Shown: positions 20,436 to 29,930 of the stretch, in pieces
How the letters are laid out: every line of letters starts with the position of its first letter
How positions within the stretch are numbered: the stretch's first letter is position 1
IMG/VR virus record: IMGVR_UViG_2775507133_000001
Location: 1-64,000 of that record
From: a virus
Lineage: Duplodnaviria; Caudoviricetes
Strand: one strand, 5' to 3'
DNA length: 64,000 bases
Program-made: the position numbers and the translations under genes
The notes under the pieces: generated by a model
Seen by the model: only the letters and a program-made list of their open reading frames with translations
The model's database searches: none
What the model was told of the DNA's origin: nothing

Positions 20436-20656
20436 CACCACAACCGGGTACAGGCGGCATGCCGCCCGCACCCGGTGACCAAACTGCGGCGCGTCCGGCC
20501 CCTTAGGCCTGGCGCGCCGTCGTCACGACGGCTGGCACGGCGCCCCGTCAGGTGTTCGGGCGGCCCGGGTCCCGGCCGCCGTCCCCGCGACCAGGCGACC
20601 GCCGAGTGCGGCGACTTCGGGTGGTTCTCCTGCTTCCGCGAGCGGCCCCTTGGACT

Positions 20657-21337
20657 TCATCGGGCGAGGGTGACCGTGACCGGCACGTTGGAGCAGCGGC
20701 TCAGGATGTCCGTCAGGGCGGCCGCTTCTGCCTCGTCGGCGGACAGGCGCCAGCGGAGTTTGTCGGCGATCCAGTCGGTGGCGTACTGGCAGCGGTAGCC
20801 CTCGGCCGGGGGCATCCATGTGGTCGGGTCCTGGTCTGCCTTCGACCGGTTCGACGCGGCCGACACCGCGATCAGTGCGCGGTCGTCGCCCAAGTCGTTG
20901 GCGTACGCCTCGCGTTCGGCGGCCGACCACCTGGAGGCGCCAGAGTCCCAGGCCTCTGCAAGCGGGACCAGGTGGTCAATGTCCAGCCCGGTCGGGCCCT
21001 GGATGTAGCGGTCGTCGTACGGCGAGTACCACCGGCCACCGGTCAGGGCGCAGCGCGGCCCCTGCTCGGGTGAGATGACGGCCTCCGCCTTGAGGACCTC
21101 GGCGCGGGTGCTGCAGCCGTCCCGGTCCGCGTCGACCCAGTGCTTGAACGCCGAGCGCTCGTAGCCGGTGCGGTCCTCGCCGGCCACCAGGATCTGCGTC
21201 AGGGCCTCGCGCACGGGCAGGGTGATGCTCTGGCCGGGATCGCGGTGCGGGACGTGGGCCGGGGCGGCGTGGGCGGCGGCGGGCAGCAGTACGGCCGCGA
21301 GGGCGGCGGCGGCCGTGAAGGTACGGGCGAAGAGCAC
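20657..21337 (-). CDS. Secreted HNH nuclease (DUF1524-like)
   Basis: Signal peptide; GYERSAF..W...DIDHLVPLAEAWDSGA...ANDL...NRSK. Confidence 0.85.
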   Translation of the reverse strand: MLFARTFTAAAALAAVLLPAAAHAAPAHVPHRDPGQSITLPVREALTQILVAGEDRTGYERSAFKHWVDADRDGCSTRAEVLKAEAVISPEQGPRCALTGGRWYSPYDDRYIQGPTGLDIDHLVPLAEAWDSGASRWSAAEREAYANDLGDDRALIAVSAASNRSKADQDPTTWMPPAEGYRCQYATDWIADKLRWRLSADEAEAAALTDILSRCSNVPVTVTLAR

Positions 21338-21664
21338 GAGCGTGTCCTTCCGGAGATCACCGACTGGTCGGGATCTTCGTAGCTGCCCCGCACAGCGACC
21401 CGCCCGAAGACGGCAGCGCCTCTACCCGATCGAGGGGTAAGTGCGATGGTCGGCAAGGCGAAAGGGGTGCAGCGCATGGCGTGGGACATGGTGGTTGGTG
21501 ACGCCGCTGGGCACATGCCGGCTGTCGGTGCCGCACACATCGGTCCGACCGTCTGCAACCATCCTGGGCCACGGCATATGCCAAAGAGCTGGCCGAGCCG
21601 CCAACCGCCGTGAGCTGCTGCTTAACTGGAGAGGTAGAGAGCCGAGCGCGCCACCGGGGGGCCA

Positions 21665-22228
21665 GTGGAGAGATACCCGCTCGAATCGCCATATCCGCGC
21701 ACGATGACGACCTTGACGCGAGTTGCAGTACGTTTTACAGCAGAACTCGGAATTGGGGTCGGCCTTTCCATATTTTCACTATTTGCTTCGTCACCTATTC
21801 CGCCCGTAGCCACCGCCGTGGCAGGCACAATCTGCATCGCAAAGGGCCTAACCACAGTAGTCGACTACTATCTCCAGAAGTCGCTTAAAGCGGGGGTAGA
21901 CGAACTGCTGTCCATTGGGTTTGACGCCCCGGAGTCGATGCCCTGGGACGTTGAGCCGCGGCTGCCACGGGAGAGCAGTCAGGCGCGGGCCCTTGCGATT
22001 GCAGCAGAAGAAATTGAGCGGGAAGAGTGGGAATTCGCTCAAGAAATGCTGATCGACGATTCCCCGGTTGATGCCACACCGGAAGAGATTGTTCCCGCTG
22101 CCGCTGAGACCGTACAGGGGTTGACCCACATGTTCCTTGCTCTCGGCCCACCGGGCCAAGCAGCAGGCGACCAGCCACACAACACTGCGGGGCCGCACGG
22201 CGGTGTCGATCTGGGGCCGGGGGGCTGA
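21665..22228 (+). CDS. Lower-GC membrane protein (moron); start uncertain
   Basis: Two N-terminal hydrophobic helices, acidic tail; AT-richer codons than the flanks. Confidence 0.55.
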   Translation: MERYPLESPYPRTMTTLTRVAVRFTAELGIGVGLSIFSLFASSPIPPVATAVAGTICIAKGLTTVVDYYLQKSLKAGVDELLSIGFDAPESMPWDVEPRLPRESSQARALAIAAEEIEREEWEFAQEMLIDDSPVDATPEEIVPAAAETVQGLTHMFLALGPPGQAAGDQPHNTAGPHGGVDLGPGG

Positions 22229-22229
22229 G

Positions 22230-22616
22230 ATGGCGGATGAAATTCGAGCACCCGAAGAACTCGCCCTTTCCTATGCCAAGGAGTGGGCTCAGCTCCCTCC
22301 CGCCCATTTGCGTGTGGCACTGAAGCAACTAGAACCGATGATGGTGCGCCAGCATGAACTCATGGTCGCTCGCGATCGACGCCGCCACGTATTGGACATG
22401 ATCGCGCTGTGCGGAGGAACGCTCATTTCCGTCTGCTCCGTTGCTGCCGCTTTTTACTTCGGACTAGAGAACGATTACGTGATGGCAGGCATCATGGTGA
22501 GCCCTAGCGTTCTCGCCATGGCAAAGCTCTTGGTGCTCCGCCAAAGCGATGCAAAGGATTCACGGGCCGCTGGCGCCGCGCTTAACGCGGCAACCCAACT
22601 ACCGCCACCGCCGTAA
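22230..22616 (+). CDS. Lower-GC two-TM membrane protein (moron)
   Basis: ATG at 22230 directly after the upstream stop; helical N-terminus plus two TM segments. Confidence 0.65.
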   Translation: MADEIRAPEELALSYAKEWAQLPPAHLRVALKQLEPMMVRQHELMVARDRRRHVLDMIALCGGTLISVCSVAAAFYFGLENDYVMAGIMVSPSVLAMAKLLVLRQSDAKDSRAAGAALNAATQLPPPP

Positions 22617-22776
22617 CGGCTGCGACGGAAAGGCAATTCGAGACTTCGGAGCACCGCCCAGTTTGACGTGGTCCCCCAGCCTCGGGCGTGCCCGGCCACA
22701 GGCTGATATGCGGCGCCACGGGCGTAGCGCTCCACCGTGGTCCCGGCCCGACGGGTTCCGAGGCTGTGGGGCGGCG

Positions 22777-23142
22777 TCAGCTGCCCTGCCCAGGCGTCGT
22801 CTTGCGGCGCGCCCCGCGCGCGGGCGTGCGCCGCGCCCGTCCGCTCGCCTCAGCTTCGACACCCTCATCAGGCACAGGCGCTTCGTCGGCTCGCTGCACA
22901 GCCTCGGGTGTCTCGTCGCGGCTGGCGGTGTCAGGGGGCGAACCGAGCGCGTCGGATGGACGGTACGGCTGATCGTCGACCAGTGCACCGGCCAGCAGGT
23001 GCTCCGGGACGTCGGCGAACTGGTCCTCTGGCACACAGAACTGGTCGTGAGAGCACGTGTTCACGCGGGCGTCCTGACTGACCGCCCACCGCGCGAACTC
23101 GGTCCGCAAGGCGGAGGCCGGCTTCACCTTGATCAGCATCAC
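22777..23142 (-). CDS. Hypothetical head-module protein
   Basis: Coupled to the upstream gene; low-complexity C-terminus. Confidence 0.6.
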   Translation of the reverse strand: MMLIKVKPASALRTEFARWAVSQDARVNTCSHDQFCVPEDQFADVPEHLLAGALVDDQPYRPSDALGSPPDTASRDETPEAVQRADEAPVPDEGVEAEASGRARRTPARGARRKTTPGQGS

Positions 23143-23969
23143 GTCGAGATCCTCACTGCCGCCGCCTCACAGCACGCCGTCTCGATCACGGACGTGCGCT
23201 CGGCCAGGACATAACGGTCGTTCAGGCGAGTGTCGATGGACTGCGCCTCGGTGGTCGGGTTGATGTCGAGCGGCCCCCGTCGCACCCGCACTGGGCCGGT
23301 CACGTACAACCACAGCTCGCCAGCGGGCGCTTGCGTGCAGGTTGCACCCCCCACGTTCGCGGCGTAACCGGCGCCGAAGACGACGCCGTTGCCCATCAGC
23401 GTCTGGGGGCAACCAGTGCTGGAGGTAGGAGCGGTGACGACGTTGCAGCAGCCGAGCAGGGCCGCCGCCCCCGCCGGCACGTGGAGAAGCCCCTTGCCTC
23501 CGTACTGCTCGGCGAGCCAGCCTTCCAGCACCGCGATGCCTTGGGCGACCTGGAGGGGGCCCGCCGCGGGGGTGAGGTCGTTGCTGGCGGCCATGGTGCA
23601 CAGCGCGTTCACCATGAAGTGCTCCTCCAGAGCGCGCTGCTCGCCCATGCGGAGCGTTTCCGTGGCGTGGGCGACCGCCTCGTCCTGGGTCATGCCGAAC
23701 GTGGAGCAGGTGGCGCCGGCGTACACGGTCACCGGGTCGAACTCGCACAGCCCGGGCCGGTCGAACGTCTTGCTCGCCGGGTTGGGGGTGGGGGGAGGCG
23801 GGCAGTCCCGCTGCCAGGTGTGCGCTGCGGTGCACGACAGCGGCACCATCTGCGTCCCGTTCAGCTCGTGCAGATCGTCGGCGTCGATGACGTCGACGCA
23901 CCTGCCCAGGAGACCGAAAGGACTGGGAGTGCCGCGGATTGCGCTCACGGTCTTGGAGAGCCCTGCCAT
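23139..23969 (-). CDS. Minor capsid/decoration-like protein following the major capsid
   Basis: Position; QTLMGNGVVFGAGY...LYVTGPV...NDRYVLAERT pattern. Confidence 0.65.
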   Translation of the reverse strand: MAGLSKTVSAIRGTPSPFGLLGRCVDVIDADDLHELNGTQMVPLSCTAAHTWQRDCPPPPTPNPASKTFDRPGLCEFDPVTVYAGATCSTFGMTQDEAVAHATETLRMGEQRALEEHFMVNALCTMAASNDLTPAAGPLQVAQGIAVLEGWLAEQYGGKGLLHVPAGAAALLGCCNVVTAPTSSTGCPQTLMGNGVVFGAGYAANVGGATCTQAPAGELWLYVTGPVRVRRGPLDINPTTEAQSIDTRLNDRYVLAERTSVIETACCEAAAVRIST

Positions 23970-24043
23970 CTGCCTCACGTCCTCTCAGTGCGCCGGCAGC
24001 CCCGGCCGGGCAGAGGCCCGGGGCTGCGATCGGAGCGGCTTGG

Positions 24044-25714
24044 TCAGGCGGTCGGGCAGACGGGGGTCTTGCGCGGGCCGACGGAGCCGTCGGCGCACAC
24101 CGGGATCGTGACGCGGCGCGCCTCGGGACCGCGGTAGATGAGCGCGTTGCACGACTCGAACCACAGCGCCGTGTGGTCGTTCGTTGCCATCAGGGTGCTG
24201 TCGTGGACGACGCCGAGGTTGACCTCGGGGCCACGGCCCATCTGGAAAGCGCCGGCCGGGTACAGCAGCACCTCGATGGTGTCCGGCCAGTCCGTGGCCG
24301 GCGTGACGGCACCGATCTGCGTGGGCACCGCGGGCGGGATGTTCTTCACCCAGTTCACGCGGACGCCGATCTCGGCGAACTTGTCCTCGATGCAGCGGGC
24401 GGGCAGGTCACAGATCTGCGAGCCGCTCCTGCGCGCGATGTCGGCGAGGAACATGTTCCTGGCCCACCACGGCATCGCCACTTCCAGGTTAATGCGGTCG
24501 CACAGGTGCCACCGCTCGACCATGTCGGCGACCTGGAGGGCGAGCGCGCCGTACACGGCGGTGAAGCTGGCGAAGCTCGGCGCGGTGGTGACGGGGGTGG
24601 CCTTCGCGCGGGCCTGCGCGTACATGGCGCCCTTGAGGCGCATCTCGTAGGCGACCATCGCGCGCCGGATGTAGAAGGTGTTCAGCTCCGGGAAGAACCG
24701 CTGGCTGAGGATGCCGGACTGCACGCAGACGCCGTACGCGGTGCAGCGCACCTCGACCGGGTCGACGCACGGGATCTTGAAGCAGGGCTTCGTCGGGTCT
24801 CCGTCGACGGCGCTGATGTCGTCGGCCTCGGTCCACTCCCACGACATCGCGTTGATGTCGAGCTCCGGCGTCATGTAGTAGCGCAGCCCGCCCCGGGACA
24901 GGGACACCTCCGGGAGGTCCCACAGGTTGTCCGGGCACGAGTACTCGACGAAGTCGTAGATCGTTTCGCTGGGCGCACACCATCCGCCGCTCGCGACGAG
25001 GTCACCGCCCTTGAGGCGCCGCTGGTCGGAGGCGGTGAGCACCGTCATGGTGCCTTCCTCGACCGAGCCGGCGTCGTTGACGATGAGGTCCTTCGCGAAC
25101 GGCAGCTGGTAGCTGGCCGCGAGGGCCTTCCCGCCGTTCGCGACGAGGCCGGCGACGCGCGTCACGGACTCGGTGAGCCCGTCCATGTCGAGGGTGGAGC
25201 CGAGCGTCGACCCGGGCACCTCCGCCGACGCGGTGATCGTGATACCGGTGCCGCCGTTGCGGGGAACGATCTGCCGCGGCGCGTGCTGCCGCACCAGGCC
25301 GAGGGACAGCCGCGGCTTCGGCACCACGACACCCGCCGAGGCCGTGACCGGCTCCTCGCCGCCCGGCTCGGCGGCGGGGTCCTCATCGCCGGCCGGGGGC
25401 TCCACGGTGGTGTCGGTGTCGGCGGCGAGCTGCTGCGGCGCGGCGGGGGCGTGGTCGTCGAGGCCGATCTCCGCCGCGAGCGTGTCGAGTTCGGCGAGGG
25501 CGTCCTGCACCTGCGACAGCCGCGCCGTCCGCTCGGCCTCCATCGCCTTGATGCCGGCCGCGAGGGCGCGCACGGCGGGCATGGACTCCAGGTCCAGGTC
25601 GGGGTTGGTGCGCATCGCCTGGAACGCCTCGCGCGCCGCCGCGATCTGCGTGTCCAGGTCCTCGGCGGACAGGGTGGCGATGTCGTCCGGCAGCTCGTAC
25701 GGCTGGTCGGCCAT
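24044..25714 (-). CDS. Major capsid protein with N-terminal scaffold-like extension
   Basis: 556 aa; coiled-coil N-terminus; LVASGGWCAPSETIYD motif; AGGAG RBS; hairpin after the stop. Confidence 0.85.
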   Translation of the reverse strand: MADQPYELPDDIATLSAEDLDTQIAAAREAFQAMRTNPDLDLESMPAVRALAAGIKAMEAERTARLSQVQDALAELDTLAAEIGLDDHAPAAPQQLAADTDTTVEPPAGDEDPAAEPGGEEPVTASAGVVVPKPRLSLGLVRQHAPRQIVPRNGGTGITITASAEVPGSTLGSTLDMDGLTESVTRVAGLVANGGKALAASYQLPFAKDLIVNDAGSVEEGTMTVLTASDQRRLKGGDLVASGGWCAPSETIYDFVEYSCPDNLWDLPEVSLSRGGLRYYMTPELDINAMSWEWTEADDISAVDGDPTKPCFKIPCVDPVEVRCTAYGVCVQSGILSQRFFPELNTFYIRRAMVAYEMRLKGAMYAQARAKATPVTTAPSFASFTAVYGALALQVADMVERWHLCDRINLEVAMPWWARNMFLADIARRSGSQICDLPARCIEDKFAEIGVRVNWVKNIPPAVPTQIGAVTPATDWPDTIEVLLYPAGAFQMGRGPEVNLGVVHDSTLMATNDHTALWFESCNALIYRGPEARRVTIPVCADGSVGPRKTPVCPTA

Positions 25715-25740
25715 GAGTGACTCCTGTGTGATTCGCAGGA

Positions 25741-25762
25741 GCCAGGCCCTAAACCATCCGGC
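25741..25762 (-). promoter_or_regulatory. Late-gene leader motif copy 6
   Basis: Identical to copy 5; TAATAT -10-like box upstream. Confidence 0.75.
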
Positions 25763-25839
25763 TGAAAGGGCATATTAGCTGCCCACACGGCCGGGCCGGG
25801 CCCTTGTGCAGGGCGAACGGCCTGGCCGCGCGGGCAGGG

Positions 25840-26118
25840 TCAGGCGGTGTCGTCGTCCGCGGGCGCGGCTTCGGTCGCTTCGGTCGCTTTCACCGGCTCG
25901 CCGTCGGGGGCGGGTTCGGCTGGCTCGGGCGCCGGGTCCGGGTTGGGGTCGATCACGCTGCCCGGGTAGTTCCCGTTTACCGTGCGGGCCTTCGCCACGT
26001 CGTGGGTCTGGAACACGACCGCGCCGTCACCTCCGTTGAGGATCACCCGGTACAGCGTGGCCGGGACCCGGCCGCCGGACGCGCTAACGGTCGTCTTGTT
26101 CTTCGAGCAGCCGCACAT
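25840..26118 (-). CDS. Small protein with MCGC N-terminus
   Basis: Coupled ORF between the protease and capsid genes. Confidence 0.65.
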   Translation of the reverse strand: MCGCSKNKTTVSASGGRVPATLYRVILNGGDGAVVFQTHDVAKARTVNGNYPGSVIDPNPDPAPEPAEPAPDGEPVKATEATEAAPADDDTA

Positions 26119-26288
26119 CAGCTGGCCCCCACCTCACGGACCTCGCGGCCCGCGACCTTGTTGGCGACGGCCTGCGCGGTCGCCTTGTACGGGGTCGGCC
26201 CGAAGACGCGCCGCCCGCCCTCGACGACCTCGTACTGTGCGGTCTTCGCGCCGGTCGTCTGGCGCTTGCTTCCGCAGTTGCATCCCAT
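26118..26288 (-). CDS. Small protein with MGCNCG N-terminus
   Basis: GGAGG RBS, ATG right after the stop of the fusion gene. Confidence 0.65.
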   Translation of the reverse strand: MGCNCGSKRQTTGAKTAQYEVVEGGRRVFGPTPYKATAQAVANKVAGREVREVGAS

Positions 26289-26290
26289 GG

Positions 26291-29200
26291 TCAGTTCCCT
26301 CCGGTGGTGGCGGTGGTGGGCTCGTCGAGGAGAGTGGCGAGCTGCTCGGCTTCGGCGCGGGCGGCGGCCCGCTCGCTGAGGCGCCGCTCGAGGGCGGCCG
26401 CAAGCCCGTCGAGAGCGTCGGGGTCGGCGAGCACCGTGGCGAGCGCGCCCACGTCGGTGGCCGGCGACTCGACTGTCCGCTCGTGCACCGGCTCGGGGCC
26501 GGTGTCGGCCGTAGCGGGTTCCTCGAGGGCCGCCGCGGCGGCGGTGATCGCGATGTTCGACCGGTCGATGACGGCGGCGACCTGCTCCAGGCCCGGCTGC
26601 TGCGCCGACGCGGCGAGCCGCGACGGATGCCCGGGACTCGGCACGGACAGGACGGCCTTCAACTGCCAGCTGCCGTCCCGGGCCTGCGTCATGTGGTAGC
26701 TGGGCTGGCAGGCCCGGTACACGAGGCTGTCCCACGCCGACAGCCACTCGCCGGCCGCCCCGGAAAACCACATGCCGCGCTCGTTGATGCCGACCGTGAC
26801 CACGGCGCCAACGGTGCGGGAGTCGTCGAACTGGCAGACGTCAGTCTCGCACTCGAAGCCGTCGCGGTGGTGGCCGACGTTCATCGTCATCGGGCCGACC
26901 GCGACGGTGCTGCCGTCGTCGAGCTGGAGCTTCGTCCGCAGGAAGTACGAGGTGTCGATGCCGCGCTTGGCGAGCTTCTCGATGGTGACCTTCCGGCCGT
27001 GCAGCTCGTGCGGCACACCGGCCTGCGCGACCCAGCCGTAGGCGCGGCCGTCGACGACGTGGACGCCGCCGCTGTCCGGGGGGAGTTCCTCCTCGGTGGG
27101 CTCCCGGAACCAGGCGGCGGGGAACGGCTCGCGGGCCTGGACGACGCGCAGCGCCGACGCGACGAGTTGCGCGCCGTGCTGCTCGTAGCGGGCGTCGAGG
27201 GCTTCGACGGCGGCGCGCTGTTCGTCGGTCAGTTCGCTGCTGGCCGCGATGTCGCCTTCGGGGAGGGTGGACGCGCCGACGTACTGGCCGCGCGCGATCC
27301 GCACGATCCGCCCCGCTTCCAGGGCGCGCGCGAAGTGCGAGTGCACCGCGGCCGGGTCTAGGCCGAGCGCTTCGGACACCTCCCGCGCGGTGACCGGGGT
27401 CGGGCTGGAGCACACGTACGCCACGACCTGGTCGTGCTCGTCCCCCGAGGCGGCGGCCACGGCGGGCGCGGACGCCATCTGCTCGGGCGGGTCGAGGACG
27501 ATGCGGGCGTCCGCGAACGCGGGGATGCTGACGAGGGTCGCGCCCCGCACCCGCGCGTCGGTGATCCGCAGCAGGTAGTCGCCGGCGGTCTCCTCGTGGA
27601 CGACGACACCGTCCTCGGGGTCGGGGTCGTCCGCGGCGGCGGTGAGCTGCGCGCCGAACACCTGCCGGGCGGTGGCGCGGGAGATCGCACCCCCGCTGCT
27701 GGTGAACACGCTGATGGTGCGCGTGGAGTGGGTGAGCTCCACCCCGGACGCGGTCACCTCGGGCCGGGTCTGGGCGGTGATCTGCCAGGCGCCGTCGTCG
27801 AGGCGGATGATGCTCGCCGACGCGAACGACGCCGCCAGCATCAGCGGCTCGTCCTCGTCGTCGCCGTCGGTGGCGGTGTTGTCGACGACTTGGATACTCA
27901 CGTCGTCCAGGTCGACGCTCACGCCGAGCGCGGCGGGCGGCTGCTGGTCGAGGAGCGAGCACACCTCCCACCCGGCCTCCGTCGTCGGGTACATGGGGCC
28001 GCGGCCGGTGAGGCGGTCGCCGTCCCGGCCGAGTTCGGCTATCGCGCCGGCGAGCCGGGCGCCTTCGTGGGCTTGCCCCAGCCGGTCGGCGTAGTTGAGG
28101 GGCCACGGGCCGGTGTCCCAGCGCAGCGCGCCCTCCGCGAAGATCCTGCCGTCTCCGGTGCGGCGGCCTTCGTAGGCGAGCGCGCTGTCGTCGGGGGTGG
28201 TCCAGGTGCGTACGGGCGGCGGCGCCGGTTCGACCGCCTCGGCCTGAATGCTGTCTGCCATCGGTTCCTCCTGGGCGAGGGCGAGCGGGATGTCGACGTG
28301 CTCGCCGGCGAACGCGACCCGCAGCCGGTCGAAGCGGATCGGCCCGACCCGGTCGATCAGGTCCGCGAACCGGTCGGTGTCCGCGCTGTAGATCGCGGTG
28401 ACGTGCGGGTGCCACGACGAGTGCTGGTCGGGGATCTCCGGGAGCGGCTCCAGCGCGTCGAACACGGCGTAGGCGGCCGCGTACCGCATGTCCTGCAAGG
28501 TGAGGGCGTCCGGGTCGCGGTTGTCGCGGTCGTCGCCGACGGACCACACCCACACGGGTTCGTCGCCGTGCGGGTTCCAGTGGGCGGCGCCGAAGACGTG
28601 CGCGGCGATCGGCGCGGTCTGCGCGTAGTCCGTCACCGACTCGGCGAGCGACACCCGCTGCTCGCTGGACCAGTCGTCGGCGTCGCCGAGGAACATCAGC
28701 GTGCAGTGGAGTTCGTCGGCGAGTTCCCCGTCTTCGAGGGCCAGGCGCTGCGCGTCCTCTTCGGCGGGGATGAGCGCGATCATCGCGCCGGTGTGGGTGG
28801 TGGCCGCCGCGGTCAAGGTGGGGGCGGGGCGGCGGTCGGCGGGCCCGACCAGCAGGCTCGCGGGCAGGCCCATGCGGTCTCCGATCTGCCTGCGCACCCT
28901 GTCGGCCTTCGATTCGGAGACGCTGGGGCGCGGGCGGTCCTTCACTCCTACGGATGCGGTGCGCTGCTCGGGTGCCAATCGAAGGACGCACCGGCAGTTG
29001 ACGGTGAGCGCGGCCGGGGCGAGGGGGTCGCCGGGGTAGCGCATCGGGAGGCCGCCGACGGTGAACGCCTCGTCGACCAGGCGCAGCGCCCCGTCGACGT
29101 CGTTGTGGGCGTGCCGCACCCGCGCGTCGTGCCGGGTCACCCACTGCTTCACCAGCGGCCGGTCAGGGGCGGTCAGCGCCTGCCCTGCGGCGAGGGTGGC

Positions 29201-29740
29201 GGCGTTCCAGGCGCGAGTGGCTTCGGTGCGGGCGATGCGTTCCTCCCGCATCTCCCCCAGCTCGGCTCCCTCGCGGGAGAACGCTTCACGCAGCCGCGCC
29301 CGCAGCGCGGGTATGTCCTCGCCGGCGTCGAGGCCGGCCGCCAGTTCGGCGACCGCCGCGGCGGTGAGCCGGTCCCCGACGGCGCGGAGCAGGTGCTCGG
29401 TGTCGGTGACGTACGAGCCGAGCGACGCCGGTAGCTCGTCGCCCTGGTCGTGCCGCTCGGGGAGGTCGGTCCAGCCGTCGGGGAGGGTCTGCCCGCTGTC
29501 GGTGGCGGCCTGCTGGGCTGCTTGCTCGGCGACGCCGAGGAGGCGCCGCACGAGGCGCGGCATCCGGGCACGCCACATGCGGCCGATCGCGGACAGGGAG
29601 AACCGGGCGGCGACGATCTCCATGGCCGTGGCGAGTTCCCTGCTGATCTCGGCGGCGACCTCGTCGAGGACCTGGCGGACTTCGTCGGCTACGTCCTGCT
29701 CGGCCTGGTCGAGGCGGGCCGCAAGGTCAGGCCGGGCCAT
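26291..29740 (-). CDS. MuF-like minor head protein + 2H phosphoesterase + prohead protease-like region + wHTH insert
   Basis: RIARTE...KQWVT..DARVRHAH...NCRC (MuF); HCTL and HVTA (2H); TGDGR...VSVDLD; AREVSEALGL wHTH. Confidence 0.8.
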   Translation of the reverse strand: MARPDLAARLDQAEQDVADEVRQVLDEVAAEISRELATAMEIVAARFSLSAIGRMWRARMPRLVRRLLGVAEQAAQQAATDSGQTLPDGWTDLPERHDQGDELPASLGSYVTDTEHLLRAVGDRLTAAAVAELAAGLDAGEDIPALRARLREAFSREGAELGEMREERIARTEATRAWNAATLAAGQALTAPDRPLVKQWVTRHDARVRHAHNDVDGALRLVDEAFTVGGLPMRYPGDPLAPAALTVNCRCVLRLAPEQRTASVGVKDRPRPSVSESKADRVRRQIGDRMGLPASLLVGPADRRPAPTLTAAATTHTGAMIALIPAEEDAQRLALEDGELADELHCTLMFLGDADDWSSEQRVSLAESVTDYAQTAPIAAHVFGAAHWNPHGDEPVWVWSVGDDRDNRDPDALTLQDMRYAAAYAVFDALEPLPEIPDQHSSWHPHVTAIYSADTDRFADLIDRVGPIRFDRLRVAFAGEHVDIPLALAQEEPMADSIQAEAVEPAPPPVRTWTTPDDSALAYEGRRTGDGRIFAEGALRWDTGPWPLNYADRLGQAHEGARLAGAIAELGRDGDRLTGRGPMYPTTEAGWEVCSLLDQQPPAALGVSVDLDDVSIQVVDNTATDGDDEDEPLMLAASFASASIIRLDDGAWQITAQTRPEVTASGVELTHSTRTISVFTSSGGAISRATARQVFGAQLTAAADDPDPEDGVVVHEETAGDYLLRITDARVRGATLVSIPAFADARIVLDPPEQMASAPAVAAASGDEHDQVVAYVCSSPTPVTAREVSEALGLDPAAVHSHFARALEAGRIVRIARGQYVGASTLPEGDIAASSELTDEQRAAVEALDARYEQHGAQLVASALRVVQAREPFPAAWFREPTEEELPPDSGGVHVVDGRAYGWVAQAGVPHELHGRKVTIEKLAKRGIDTSYFLRTKLQLDDGSTVAVGPMTMNVGHHRDGFECETDVCQFDDSRTVGAVVTVGINERGMWFSGAAGEWLSAWDSLVYRACQPSYHMTQARDGSWQLKAVLSVPSPGHPSRLAASAQQPGLEQVAAVIDRSNIAITAAAAALEEPATADTGPEPVHERTVESPATDVGALATVLADPDALDGLAAALERRLSERAAARAEAEQLATLLDEPTTATTGGN

Positions 29741-29930
29741 CGGGCACCTCCCGCCGCGGGTTGGGGCACGGGTCCGGGAGCGGGATCACGGTGACGGTGG
29801 CCTTCCCCCGGTACGAGATGTGGTCACTGCCGTCCATGTGCACGGTGACGTCGCTGATGCGGGTCGCGGGCAGCACCCGCACGCCCTGGCAGTCCGGGCA
29901 CAGGTCGACGTGGTCGACGCGTTCAGCCAC
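29727..29930 (-). CDS. Small Cys-containing hypothetical protein
   Basis: Overlapping start/stop with both neighbours; CPDC. Confidence 0.55.
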   Translation of the reverse strand: MAERVDHVDLCPDCQGVRVLPATRISDVTVHMDGSDHISYRGKATVTVIPLPDPCPNPRREVPDGPA

